From: Octopus sinensis
Taxonomy: Eukaryota
Assembly (NCBI RefSeq): GCF_006345805.1
Contig: NC_043014.1
Span: 14,012,001 to 14,076,000 of the forward strand
Direction: 5' to 3'
DNA length: 64,000 nt
A model generated the notes under the pieces. That model was not told the origin of the DNA. It saw only the letters and a list, made by a program, of their open reading frames with translations, and made no database searches. Position numbers and translations under genes: made by a program. Of the stretch, positions 27,433 through 39,880 are shown piece after piece. Position 1 is the stretch's first letter, and every line of letters begins with the position of its first letter.

Positions 27433-27590
27433 TACAACAGGCTTCTTTCAGTTTCCGTCTACCAAATCCACTCACAAGGCTTTGGTCAGCCCGAGGCTAT
27501 AGCAGAAGACACTTGCCCAAGGTGCCACACAGTGGGACTGAACCCGGAACCATGTGGTTGGTAAGCAAGCTACTTACCACACAGCCACTC
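27169..27590 (-). mobile_element. SINE family 1 nested in a piggyBac-like MITE
   Basis: Full-length reverse copy splitting the MITE at atgagata|atgcatg. Confidence 0.9.
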
Positions 27591-27876
27591 ATGCATGATT
27601 AATTCAAAACAATATGATTAAATAAGCATTAAAATTGACTGAGTAATCTAAATGTTAATGGGTTAATGAATTATCAAAGCAATGCATTGGTTTCTTGTGA
27701 GGTTTCTTGATTTGATTTCCAACAATTTCAGTGGGAACACTCTTTCTGAGTTCACATCCCAATTGATTAACTATTTTAGTGTTGATTATACAAAAACTAA
27801 ACTAGGCTTTGGTTTAGTTTCCACTTCATCTTTCAACTCACTTCCCTCTTTAGGGCCAGAAAATACTGTAGATGAT

Positions 27877-28260
27877 GACTCTTTTACTTGTTTCAGTCAT
27901 TTGACTGTGGCCATGCTGGAGCACGCCTTTAGTTGAGCAAACCCCAGGACTTATTCTATCAGTTGCTTAGCAAAACCGCTAAGTTACGGGGACGTAAACA
28001 CACCAGCATCGGTTGTCAAGTGATGTTATGGGAAAAAACACAGACACACAAACATATACACACACACATACATACATACATATATATATATATGTGTGTG
28101 TATACATACATATATATGACGGGCTTCTTTTAGTTTCCGTCTACCAAATCTACTCACAAGGCTTTGGCTTACAAAGAATAAGTCCTGGGGTCGATTTGTT
28201 TGACTAAAGGCGGTGTTCCAGCATGGCCACAGTCAAATGACTGAAACAAGTAAAAGAGTA
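27877..28260. mobile_element. Rearranged SINE family 1 (reverse copy fused to a forward tail)
   Basis: 27877-28165 reverse 3' two-thirds; 28167-28260 forward tail. Confidence 0.85.
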
Positions 28261-28498
28261 TACATAACATTGTAATTGTATTTTTTCAAAATTCTTACTA
28301 ATCTAATAAGAAAACCATATAATAATTAAAATAAGCACGTAAATCACCCACCAAAGTAAATTTGTTCACATAGATCATCCGGAGAGCAGGACTAACACAA
28401 AGTAAACTAAAATCTGACCTAAAAGTAATTTCCTTTAAATTGTAGATTGCATGGCAAAGTGGTACGTTTCTTTTTCTTAAGAAATGATGTGAATTTAC

Positions 28499-28600
28499 TG
28501 CTGGTTTCTTGTAAAAATGCAACTGCTTTCTGGTTTCTAGTAAAAGGTCAGCTACCTTCAGCTCATTGTTGATCAAATTGTAAAAATCTTTAGCCAACAT
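28499..28600 (-). other. Candidate exon (45 or 102 nt, open)
   Basis: aatcccttaag|MLAKDFYNLINNELK|gtagct, or extended …VADLLLETRKQLHFYKKPA|gtaaat; no recognised homologue. Confidence 0.25.
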
Positions 28601-29252
28601 CTTAAGGGATTTTAGAAATTGAAAACAAAACTAAAAGTAAATTAAAGTAATCTTCCTTGGAGATCACACACCAAAGGAGCACCAGTCTATCTATCTACTA
28701 ACCGTCTTTCTTCCCAAAGTCTTCTTTCCTCAGAGTACCAGCCCTCTGGTATTCCCTTCCATTTTATGCAAGTAACTTTCTGTTATCCGATATGAATATC
28801 AAGTTATGATCTCATCAGTCTCAGAAAACTGAATTAAATCAGTAAAAAAAAAAAGAAGAAAAAAAATGAAGATTTAAAAACAAAAATTATGTATGCATTT
28901 TATGCCCACATATATATGGTGCAATATCATCAGATCAATAATTATAAGTAATGGAAAATTTCATCAGCATTCTATTGGCAATCACTGGCACTTTTCCGTT
29001 TTGTTTCATACATGATAGATAATTTTCTGAATATTACAAATGAAAAAAAAAACATGTTTTTTAATTCCCTTCACGTATTTAAAATAAATATATGGCAAGA
29101 GAAGGGGGGAAAAAAAGTACGTTTTCCTTCTCTTTCTTCCTGATTGGATAATGTTTGGATATAAATCTATAAAAGAACAGCTTATACACACACACACACA
29201 AACACATATAAATGCATATATACATATACACACACATGTGCATAAGTATGTG

Positions 29253-29283
<31 letters not shown>

Positions 29284-29284
29284 T

Positions 29285-29692
29285 CTTTTACTCTTTTACG
29301 TGTTTCAGTCATTTGACTGCGGCCATGCTGGAGCACCACCTTTAATCGAGCAAATCGACCCCAGGACTTATTCTTTTGTAAGCCCAGTACTTATTCTATC
29401 GGTCTCTTTTGCCGAACCGCTAAGTAACAGGGACATAAACACACCAGCATTGGTTGTCAAGCGATGCTAGGGGGGACAAACACAGACACACAAACACACA
29501 CACGCATATATATATATATACATATATACGACAGGCTTCTTTCAGTTTCCGTCTACCAAATCCACTCACAAGGCATTGGTCGGCCCGGGGCTATAGCAGA
29601 AGACACTTGCCCAAGATGTCACGCAGTGGGACTGAACCCGGAACCATGTGGTTGGTTAGCAAGCTACTTACCACACAGCCACTCCTGCGCCT
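29285..29692 (-). mobile_element. SINE family 1
   Basis: Full-length reverse copy; flanks carry a duplicated cacacacatgtgcataa.tatgtgtatgtg segment. Confidence 0.9.
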
Positions 29693-30089
29693 ATATATAC
29701 ATATACACACACATGTGCATAAATATGTGTATGTGTATATATATATATATATATATATACACATACATGCATATACATTAAAACATACATACATGCATAC
29801 GCTTCTTTCATGGACAGATTAAGAGTAATTTTTCTAAAGTTTTATTTTATGTTTCTTTTAAAGAAGTTTTGCAGCTTTTGGGAGAATAAATAAATGAATA
29901 ATTAAATATTTGAATTAGTTAATATATTAACAATCAAAATGAGATGAAAGTGACAAACAAAATCAACAAATAATCAAGCAAACTTTTTGAAATCAAATAC
30001 ATTCGCATCAAATTAAATAATGAATATTGAATTTTTGTTTTCTATTAACCACACCCAGCAACTGCATGTGTCATCATCACTATCATCAT

Positions 30090-30402
30090 CATGAAATATG
30101 TAGGCATAGATACATCTGTGTGCAGATGTGTAAATATATACATGTATATGTTTGTATAAATGTATATATATTATATATATATATATAATCTGTATTTAAA
30201 TATATATTTAGATATACATATATATATATGTAAATATATACATGTATATGTTTGTATAAATGTATATATATCATATATATACATATATATAATCTGTATT
30301 TATATATATATATTTAGATATACATATATATATATATATGTTTGAGCACTATGCACAATAATTTCATTATATATATAAATTATGTTTGTATATATTATAA
30401 AT

Positions 30403-30440
<38 letters not shown>

Positions 30441-30487
30441 CGTATGTTTATATATATACACACATGTATGTATGTATACACACACGC

Positions 30488-30557
<70 letters not shown>

Positions 30558-30644
30558 AATAATAATAATAATAATAAATGTATTGGCTTAAGTTTTTCAT
30601 TGTATGATTTGCCTAATAGTGGTTTCGTCTCTCTAATTTAATAT

Positions 30645-30706
<62 letters not shown>

Positions 30707-30745
30707 CGTAGTGTGTGTTTGTGTATATATACATATATAAATAGT
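30090..30745. repeat. TA-rich microsatellite cluster with a ~100-110-bp tandem duplication and (AAT)n
   Basis: tgtaaatatatacatgtatatgtttgtataaatg…tttagatatacata occurs twice (~30128 and ~30229). Confidence 0.9.
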
Positions 30746-31290
30746 ATGTTTTACTTTCACAATTAGCGCTGCAAATTGAACCAACATTAAAGAGGTACTG
30801 GTTCAGGGTGGTTATCTGACCTGAATTCAGTTCTCATTGATACTTCGGTTCTCAGAAATTGATTGATTTTACTATTTGCACAAAGGAAGGAAGGAAGAAA
30901 GGAAAGGAGGAAGAAAGAGAGGACAGAATAAAGCACTTGATGGTAGATAGTAGCCAGAGATAGAAAGAATAATAGTTTGAGAATAATCCCAGATGTAAAG
31001 CAATTAAGAATCGTTTTATAAGAGATGATATGAAATAAAACTCACAAAGAAAAATTACTGAAAAATATTTGTTTAGTCTCGGTACAACTTTGATCAAGCT
31101 GACCTCCGTTCAAAGATATTCCAGCTGTGACCATGCCGTCAAACACAGTATATTTACAACTACGTTATTCAATGTTTATTGGGGGTTCCCTCTTCTTTCT
31201 TTCTTTCTTTCTTTTTTCCTGTTTTGTTTTTTTTAATGTAGTAGGATATGATTTGAGAGAAATTCGGTTGATATTTCTGGTAGATCTAAC

Positions 31291-31706
31291 GGATCTTTTC
31301 GGTTTGAACGGCAGTTTTTAAAAATAATTTCCACGTAACTAAACACTTTTAAACTTCGTATACTGGTAGAATGTGTTTATAAAACATCTTTTTCTCTTGG
31401 CTTTATTGAGAAAATTCTATAGTTTGTAAGATATTTGTTGTTTTTTTCTTCAATTTCTGTAATTTCAACCAATCACTGACTTCTATTGAGGTGAAAACAT
31501 TCTGTGCCGTATGAATATGTTCCTAGTTTAAGAAACAGATTGGGTTTATTTACATTTCTCAAGAAAAAAAAATACCCGTCCCCCTACCCTTAACCCTCAC
31601 CCTAAATCAGATTGAAATGCAATAGATCGATACTAGGGTCATAATTATGGGTGACAATTTCATATGACACCGCTAGAAAAAACTGCCGTTCAAACCGAAA
31701 AGATCC
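31291..31706 (+). mobile_element. Merlin-type MITE, copy A
   Basis: TIRs GGATCTTTTCGGTTTGAACGGCAGTTTT; perfect 8-bp TSD GATCTAAC on both sides. Confidence 0.92.
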
Positions 31707-31839
31707 GATCTAACAACTACCGCCTGTCAGTAAACAGATATCCTAATGAAAAAGACTGTTAGGAATTCACGTAGTGGCTAATTTACCAGTATTCTCTGTA
31801 GCTTGTAATTGAATTATATTCAATTATATCACCTGTATT

Positions 31840-32107
31840 GGGTACTACTCAAGAAGAGTGGTCCCGGTGCGCGCACTCGCGCATCTGCACTAGCTAGTCG
31901 TGACTAGTCGATCCTACAACGACTACCTAGCAAAGCAAATAAAACACAAAATAAATATTTTTTTTACACAAACTAAATAATTTTCTTTAAAAAAAGGTAA
32001 ATAAAGCACAAAAACAGAAAGTAAGGATCGACTAGCCCCGACTAGCTAGCGCGGATGCGCGAGTACGCGAGTGCGCGCACCGGGACCACTCTTTTTCAGT
32101 AGTACCC
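31840..32107. mobile_element. GC-rich-TIR MITE (DNA transposon, superfamily uncertain)
   Basis: ~75-bp imperfect TIRs starting GGGTACTACT..GAGTGGTCCCGGTGCGCGCACTCGCG around an A-rich spacer; CTGTATT duplicated on both flanks. Confidence 0.85.
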
Positions 32108-33499
32108 CTGTATTATCTATTCAGTTTTGTAAATCCCATGTCATTCTCACCTAGGAGGATTTATAGGAAAATATAAGAGATAAGTGTGTGCTTTCAAATC
32201 ACTTTTCAGTTTTAGACCCCAAGTTACCTGGTCCTCTTCAGGAGAGGGTGTTCCTATGTGTAGTCACAAGTCAAGGGCTCACAGTCTTTATAAGCATAGC
32301 ATACATACACAAGTGTGCCAGCCCTTGACTTAGTTTCCTCATAGCTTTCAGAAATTCTAGTGGAATTTTCTACTAATACATTTCAGACGGTGTAGATTGC
32401 AATTATATCGGATTTAATGTGAAAAAAGAAATTGGTGGCCGTGAACACATACATAATTTTCTCAAAATTTTACGTTCACATTTTGTAGATATGTGTATGT
32501 CGTTACTATTATGTTAAACTATCGTATGTCCAAATTTGGCCAAATGTGTGTGGGGGGGTTGTTTTTTTCAATATTTATTTTTGCTTGCAATAGCCGGTTC
32601 TTTTGGTCAAACTATCGTATCTCCAGCTGATTCAGAGGCCAAGATATCAAAAATTGTCAAAGTATACAGCACAACGGTTTTGCTATGGAATAGTGAAACT
32701 ATTTTTTCGTTTTCTGAAAAAGCAAAGTTTTGGACTTTCGACACTTTTGCATAATAGCAAGGATGTTATATGTGTCAGTATGTGTGTGCACGATCACCAT
32801 TTTTTTCCTTCTTTTTCACATTAAAATCCAATACAATCGCAGTTTAGATCATGTAAAATATATATGTAGAAAATTTCATTAAAAAAACCCCATATGAGGA
32901 AACAAAGTCGCCCAGTGTGATTTAACCGAAAGTCCTCTTCCTCGCTTTTCCGAAAAACTTTTCACTATAAATTCCGATATAATCGGAATCTGCACTATCT
33001 GAAAGGTATTTGAAGAAAATTTAATGAAGAAAAATATCTTTTTTTTTTAAAGTTATTAGGAAACAAAATCGAAGTGTGGACACAATTGAGTCGGTATGCC
33101 ATCACGAATAGCACACCATTGATTGTATAATAATGTCTGATCAGGTGTATTCGTAGAGAGGAGGGTTAACAACAAGAATTTACAGGACAATGTAGTCCTG
33201 GTTATCAAACGCCTAAATGAAAAAAAGAAAAAGGCCGGCTGTGGTCAGAACGCCATTGATCTCAGATCTGCCTGTCTCTATTCCATGGCTATCGACCGAC
33301 ATTGGGACTCATCAAAGATATTAAGAAACTTTGTTAAATTAAAATATAATTATAAATATATTCCAATAATTATTTTATAAGTCGATAAGATACTGTTTAA
33401 TAATAAACAAAATGTTGCTATTTTTATTTTATTTTTTTTTTTCCAAAATTCTTTTTTTCTCTCTCTACCAAAGTTTCACTTAGAATTAGAATTACTTAC

Positions 33500-33737
33500 A
33501 ATAAGTGTCTCCTCTCCTTCTGATTCAAGTCTCTTTGATAACTCGAAACATCACAGCTATTTCATTTTCTTTTTATCCTTCCATAAATAAATACTTGGAG
33601 GTGGGGGGACGATAATAATAATAAAATCAAGGGATAAAATAAAATAATCCCTTTCTTATATACTTTTTTTAAAGTTTCTTCGATCCTCAAAATTACATCC
33701 TATTACAGTTTGAATTAACAGAGCTGAGATTCCAGTT
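33500..33737 (-). other. Candidate non-coding (5' UTR/lncRNA) exon
   Basis: Strong acceptor tttgtctctttacag| and donor ATT|gtaagt; contains only tiny ATG-stop ORFs. Confidence 0.3.
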
Positions 33738-34320
33738 CTGTAAAGAGACAAACTGTTCCGTTTAAAAGAAAAGGTTGACCGATTTTACAAGGTACTTTAA
33801 ATCCCAGCATTCAAGTTTCGAATCCTGTCTTTTCTCGCCTAGTTAGTATGGGTCTTTCTCTATTTCTTTTATTCTAACTTCTGTATTGGATCTGCTTTAA
33901 TTTTCATCTCTCAAAGATAGGCGGCGATCAAGAAAATTATCTCAGTACAACCCACGAAAGTTTTGAGGAACGGACTCATTTTAGATACGCACCAAAATAA
34001 ATTTACAATAAAAATAATCTACTCTTGTAGAAGTTTTATTATTATTTCTATTACTATAAAAATATAATAAAGATATATTTTTATATTTATTTATTTATAA
34101 AATCAAAGAAAGAAAATAAATGATTTGGCACTGAAATTCAATCGGCGAAAAAGACAATGAGTTTTTAAAAAAAAAAACATTTTTTAATAATTTTTCGTTC
34201 CTATTGACACAGTCAGCGTTACGGTTGTTCAGTGCTATTTACACGACACATTATAACAAATCAGTGAGTAACCTGTCAGAAGAACTAATTACACGGTTGG
34301 CATTAGTGACGTAATATACT

Positions 34321-34513
34321 CTCTACTCTCTTTTACTTGTTTCAGTCATTTGACTGCGGCCATGCTGGAGCACCGCCTTTAGTCGAGCAAATCGACCCCA
34401 AAACTTATTCTTTGGAAGCCTAGTACTTATTCTATCGGATCTCTTTTGCTGAACCTCTAAGTTACGGGGACGTAAACACACCATTATTGGTTGTCAAGCG
34501 ATGCTGGGGGATA

Positions 34514-34551
<38 letters not shown>

Positions 34552-34554
34552 ACA

Positions 34555-34593
<39 letters not shown>

Positions 34594-34605
34594 TACATAC
34601 ATACA

Positions 34606-34702
<97 letters not shown>

Positions 34703-34860
34703 CGACGGGCTTCTTTCAGTTTCCGTCTCCCAAATCCACTCACAAAGCTTTGGTCGGCCCGAGGCTATAGTAGAAGACACTTGCCCAAGGTGCCACGCAG
34801 TGGGAATGAACCCAGAACCATGTAGTTGGTAAGCAAGCTACTTACCACACAGCCACTCCT
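34321..34860 (-). mobile_element. SINE family 1 with expanded internal microsatellite
   Basis: Full-length reverse copy; (CA)n(TACA)n(TA)n core ~190 bp. Confidence 0.9.
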
Positions 34861-35139
34861 ATTGATTTCTTGCTAAGATTCTTCTAGTAACTGATCTCGG
34901 TGGTTTTCACTCAGACCCAGCAGATGACTCCCATAAAACTAACAAAAGATGTTTTGATACTTGTTTAATAAGTATTGCTAGTGAAAAATTAAACTGCAAT
35001 GTATTCGTTTACTTCGTTTGATCAGTGGTTCGCAACCGGAGTCCATATAAGATTTCGTTAAATTTATGTGCAACAAATTATTTATCCTTCTGTAATACAC
35101 AAAATATTTTGAAATTCAAAATAAAGAACAGCAGAAATT

Positions 35140-35349
35140 GTATTCACCTCAATAGACGCCATTGATTGGTTGAAATTGACGAAATTCAAGAAATTTAACA
35201 AGAAATAGCTTACAAACTACAGAATTTTCTCAAGAAAGCCAAGAGAAAAAGATGCTTTATGTAACACATTCTACCAGTATACGAAGTTTAAAAGTGTTTA
35301 GTTACAAAGAAATTATTTTAAAAATCTGCCGGTCAAAGTGAAAAGATCC
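35140..35349 (-). mobile_element. Truncated, diverged copy of the Merlin-type MITE
   Basis: Reverse complement of the left half of the MITE (…acattctaccagtatacgaagtttaaaagtgtttagttac…aaaagatcc). Confidence 0.8.
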
Positions 35350-35354
35350 TTAAA

Positions 35355-35749
35355 TCTTTATATATAAAAGAGAAGTTGTGTCTGTCTCCTACGATTTAGA
35401 TTCCTAACTACTCCCACATTTTGCGGTGCAGTTTAACCAAAACCGGGTATCTTATAGTCGTGATTCCTATCAAGCCCTTCTGGGTATTAGCGCGCGTCTA
35501 CGATGAGTCTACGATTTAAAAAAAAATTTACCATCATTTTTTCCATTTTAATGCATTTTTTCGCTATTATATAAGGGAAGTAACTCTCTAAAAATGTCTA
35601 CGATGTGTCAACGATTTTTAAAAAAATTTACCATAATTTCTTTTCCATTTTTAATGCATTTTTTTGCTATTTTTTGGCTATAACTCTCTAAAAATGCTTA
35701 TATGGTTATTTCCCTTACAAACCCGAGCAACGCCGGGCGATACTGCTTG
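35355..35749 (+). mobile_element. Non-autonomous Helitron
   Basis: A|TCTTTATATATAAAAG 5' end; subterminal hairpin CCCGAGCAACGCCGGG; 3' CTTG|T (CTAG variant); internal tandem duplication. Confidence 0.75.
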
Positions 35750-36246
35750 TCTTTTATATAATTCCTAATAATATTTGATTTAAAAATAGAGGAGGATTTT
35801 TTTTAAATATACATCGAATGGCTATGCAAGCCCAGTAGAGTAAAATAGGAATCGAAGGGGCCCATAGGCACAAAATGGTTGATAACCTTTGCGTTAGGTA
35901 AAGGGATTATTAACCGTATTTGCTGACGTATAAGATGCGCTTTTATTTTTTGTTAATGGCTTGCGTTCAATGTGGTTCTACCACGATAGGAAACCGGGTG
36001 CATTAGGCAATGGAGCAGGATAAGCATAAGTTTGATAGGCCCGATAATTGTGACTAAATATTAAAAACAAGCCGAATTATTACAGCCTATTCGTAAAAAC
36101 ATTCTAAAAATTGCTCATTGTTTGTCGGTAGTTATGCTGAGAGAGGTCACATCATTTCATATCTCCTTTCCTCAGCATACATAACTAACACCTGGAATGT
36201 GCATAACATCATTTAATAACTGCATTATCTATAAGAAACATTTTTA

Positions 36247-36657
36247 GGATCTTTTCGGTTTGAACGGCAGTTTTTTTTAATAATTTCCACGTAACTAAAC
36301 ACTTTTAAACTTCGTATACTGGTAGAATGTGTTTATAAAACATCTTTTTCTCTTGGCTTTATTGAGAAAATTCTATGGTTTGTAAGATATTTGTTGTTTT
36401 TCTTCTTCAATTTCTACAATTTCAACCAATCAATGACGTCTATTAAGGTGAAAACATTCTGTGCCGTATGAATATGTCCCTCGTTTAAGAAACAGATTGG
36501 GTTTATTTACATTTCTCAAGAAAAAAAGATACCATTCCCCAACCCCCTAACCCTAAATCAGATTGAAATGCAATAGATCGATACTAGGGTCATAATTATG
36601 GGTGACAATTTCATATGACACCGCTAGAAAAACATGCCTTTCAAACCGAAAAGATCC
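36247..36657 (+). mobile_element. Merlin-type MITE, copy B
   Basis: Same TIRs and body; perfect 8-bp TSD CATTTTTA. Confidence 0.92.
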
Positions 36658-37349
36658 CATTTTTATTATTACCTAAGTGAAAAATCCTCATGGAAAGATG
36701 AAAGGAATGTTAAACTTCCATCCACCTATTAGCTAGTTGCAATCTAGTGGAAGGCAACGAAACTATAGCTATTGTGAACCATCTTGATGGTCAACTGCCG
36801 TAACACAAAACATCACAGTCGGATTAAGACCCATAGAGGCCATAAGCACTTTGAGCCCCCATATATATGTAATTCAAAATATAAACAATAGTAAACCGTA
36901 AAATAAATTTCTATCTTTCTAAACTAGGCAAAACTAACAGTAAAATGGAAACTAATGTTTATTTGAATCCCGGAAAAATGTGACAAGATAAAATGCTACC
37001 CTCGTTGTTCAGTGTACAGATTCATAGAGCGATAAAAATGATGAATATATTTCGGTGGTAGAGTGAATGTAAAATAGTGACTTCCTACGTCAATTCTAAT
37101 TCCGGAAAAAGTTAAACACGGACTCCATTTTTACTTGTGACATTTTATTGTAGCAGTTTTTACCAATTACATTGGTGGATTTTTTTCCAGCGAAACTTTT
37201 ACCTGTGACATTTTTTTCCACTTCATTTATACTCGAAAAGTTTTCTCCATTTTTTAATCGTAATGTCTTTCATCAGATCCTCACTGTGACAACATGAACA
37301 CTTCGAAATTATACCTCCCATCATATAAACCATTTCGAATATTATTTTT

Positions 37350-37557
37350 TTTTTACTGCCCACAAGGGACTACACAGAGAGGACAAACAATCGATCGATT
37401 CTAGTGAGTGCATAACAGGTACTTATTTAATCGACCCCGAAAGGATGAAAGGCAAAGTCGACCTCGGCGGAATTTGAACTCAGAACGTACCGGCAGACGA
37501 AATACGGCAACGCATTTCGCCCGGCGTGCTAACGTTTCTGCCAACTCGCCGCCTTCA
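37350..37557 (-). mobile_element. SINE family 2
   Basis: Reverse copy with CpGs intact. Other copies at ~4460-4690(-), 20105-20320(-), 43390-43545(+), 47960-48140(+), 54060-54440(+), 55565-55790(-), 56190-56425(+), 58725-58955(+), 62215-62430(-). Confidence 0.88.
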
Positions 37558-38255
37558 CTTCGAATATAATTTTTGCGAGTTTAAAGTGATTTCTTTTGTA
37601 CCGTAAACCATATACCATTTCTGTGATGTCCCACTTCCTTTGACATCCTAAGAACGTGCCTATTTTCCTTAATGGTTAATCCAGCACTGCCGGAAATACA
37701 CGAGTCTTACATCCTGTATAACAATTCTCTTATTCAAAATATCAACAAGTACAAAGATAATCAGAATGAAACTGAAATAGAGTATTCATATGACGTAGTT
37801 TATTATATGATAAATTTATGGTTTCAAACTTTATTCCGTTATACTGTCACAACATTGTATTTACATGCACAGGATCACAAAACCACTTTAAAATATCATT
37901 CAGTGAGTGTATGATAAAACACTGAAAGTTTTTTTTTTCTTTTTCTCCACCCCCCACTAAATATACTTGTATATTTGTACATTTGATTAATTTGTACTTG
38001 AAGTATATTATGATTGAATAAAAGGTGAAACGGGAAACTGGAATTTCTTTGATATAAGCCTGCTCGATCAATGCTCAAGTGGAGATAAATAGCCAAAACC
38101 ACAGGGCCACTATGACAACGAGATATCCAACATGACGGGTAAACATTGAACAGATGGAAAAGGCCGAAACAGTAAAACCAGATTATGATGAAATAAATTC
38201 CTGAAAAATTAATTTTTTTTATTACTTTATAAAATCTGTAATCCAAAAGGAAAAA

Positions 38256-38291
<36 letters not shown>

Positions 38292-38469
38292 TTATTTCGT
38301 GACACAGATCAAAAAGTTTTCCAGGCGATGTATATTTCGTTTGTCACCGTTATTTATGGCAACCCTAACCCTAAAACCTTAAAACCAGTACAAATGCACG
38401 AACGATGTCATAAATAACAGTGACAAACGAAAAATACACCGTCGATAGTTGTTAACAAACAACGGCAGG

Positions 38470-38682
38470 AATTTTATTCAGCTGAATACACGTCATTGAT
38501 TGGCTGAAATTACCGAAATACGAGAACTTTAACGGGAAATAACTTCGTAAATATAAGTTTTTCTTAAAAATGCTAAGCGTAAAAGATGTTTTATATGACA
38601 CATTCTACCAGTGTCCGAAGTTTGAAACTGTTTAGTTACAAAAAATTATTTTTTAAATCTGTAGGTCAAAAGGTAAAAATCC
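38470..38682 (-). mobile_element. Truncated, diverged copy of the Merlin-type MITE
   Basis: Reverse complement of the left half of the MITE, including the cgtcattgattgg motif; degenerate terminus. Confidence 0.75.
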
Positions 38683-38986
38683 CTTCTACTCTTCCTAGTC
38701 TTGATTTCGAGGGCATTAAATAAAAGAAAAATTACCAGAAAGTTGAAGAAGAGAATCATGACCACTACATCACTAAACTAGGTATAAGTGACCTTTTCCG
38801 AGGAGTGGGCCGCATGAGATATAACACATCATCAGGTGGGCCGCACTACAAAAATTAATTCAAAGTAATCTTTCGTTGGGCGTGCTATTCAGAAAGTCCG
38901 ACGTATCACAGTATGCCATGCTCGTGAACTGAACAGTAAAACAATGTCTGAATAGATATGTTATTAATCCAGGATATGAAGTTCTG

Positions 38987-39407
38987 GGATCTTTTCGGTT
39001 TGACCGGCAGTTTTTAAAAATAATTTCCTCGTAACTAAACACTTTTGAACTTCGTATACTGGTAGAATGTGTTTATAAAACATCTTTTTCTCTTGGCTTT
39101 ATTGAGAAAATTCTATAGTTTGTAAGATATTTGTTGTTTTTTTTTCTTCAATTTCTGCAATTTCAACCAATCAATGACGTCTATTGAGGTAAAAAAAACA
39201 TTCTGTACCGTATGAATATGTCCCTCGTTTAAGAAACAGATTGGGTTTATTTACATTTGTGAAGAAAAAAAGATACCCTTCCCCCCACCCCTAACCCTAA
39301 CCCTAAAACAGATTGAAATACAATAGATCGATACTAGGGTCATAATTATGGGTGACAATTTCATATGATACCGCTAGAAAAAACTGCCGTTCAAACAGAA
39401 AAGATCC
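38987..39407 (+). mobile_element. Merlin-type MITE, copy C
   Basis: Same TIRs and body; TSD AAGTTCTG/AACTTCTG (7/8). Confidence 0.9.
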
Positions 39408-39485
39408 AACTTCTGTATAAATTTGTAGATAAAAACAATAGATTTGTAGAAGAAAAAAAAAAGATTTGTGGAAAAACAAAACGTT

Positions 39486-39880
39486 AGGCGCAGGAGTGGC
39501 TGTGTGGTAAGTAGCTTGTCTACCAACCGCATGGTTCCGGGTTCAGTCCCACTGCGTGGCACCTTGGGTAAGTGTCTTCTACTATAGCCTCGGGCCGACC
39601 AAAGCCTTGTGAGTGGATTTGGTAGATGGAAACTGAAAGAAGCCCGTCGTATATATGTATATATATATATGTGTGTGTTTGTGTGTCTGTGTTTGTCCCC
39701 TAGCATTGCTTGACAACCGATGCTGGTGTGTTTATGTCCCCGTCACTTAGCGGTTCGGCAAAAGAGACCGATAGAATAAGTACTGGGCTTACAAAAGAAT
39801 AAGTCCCGGGGTCGAGTTGCTCGATTAAAGGCGGTGCTCCAGCATGGCCGCATTCAAATGACTGAAACAAGTAAAAGAGT
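39486..39880 (+). mobile_element. SINE family 1
   Basis: Full-length copy with CpGs retained. Confidence 0.9.

Noticed and set aside
29454-29822. Recurrent ORFs such as RQASFSFRLPNPLTRLWSARGYSRRHLPK and DRLLSVSVYQIHSQGFG
   Set aside because: Antisense translations of SINE family 1, seen at more than 10 loci; not genes.
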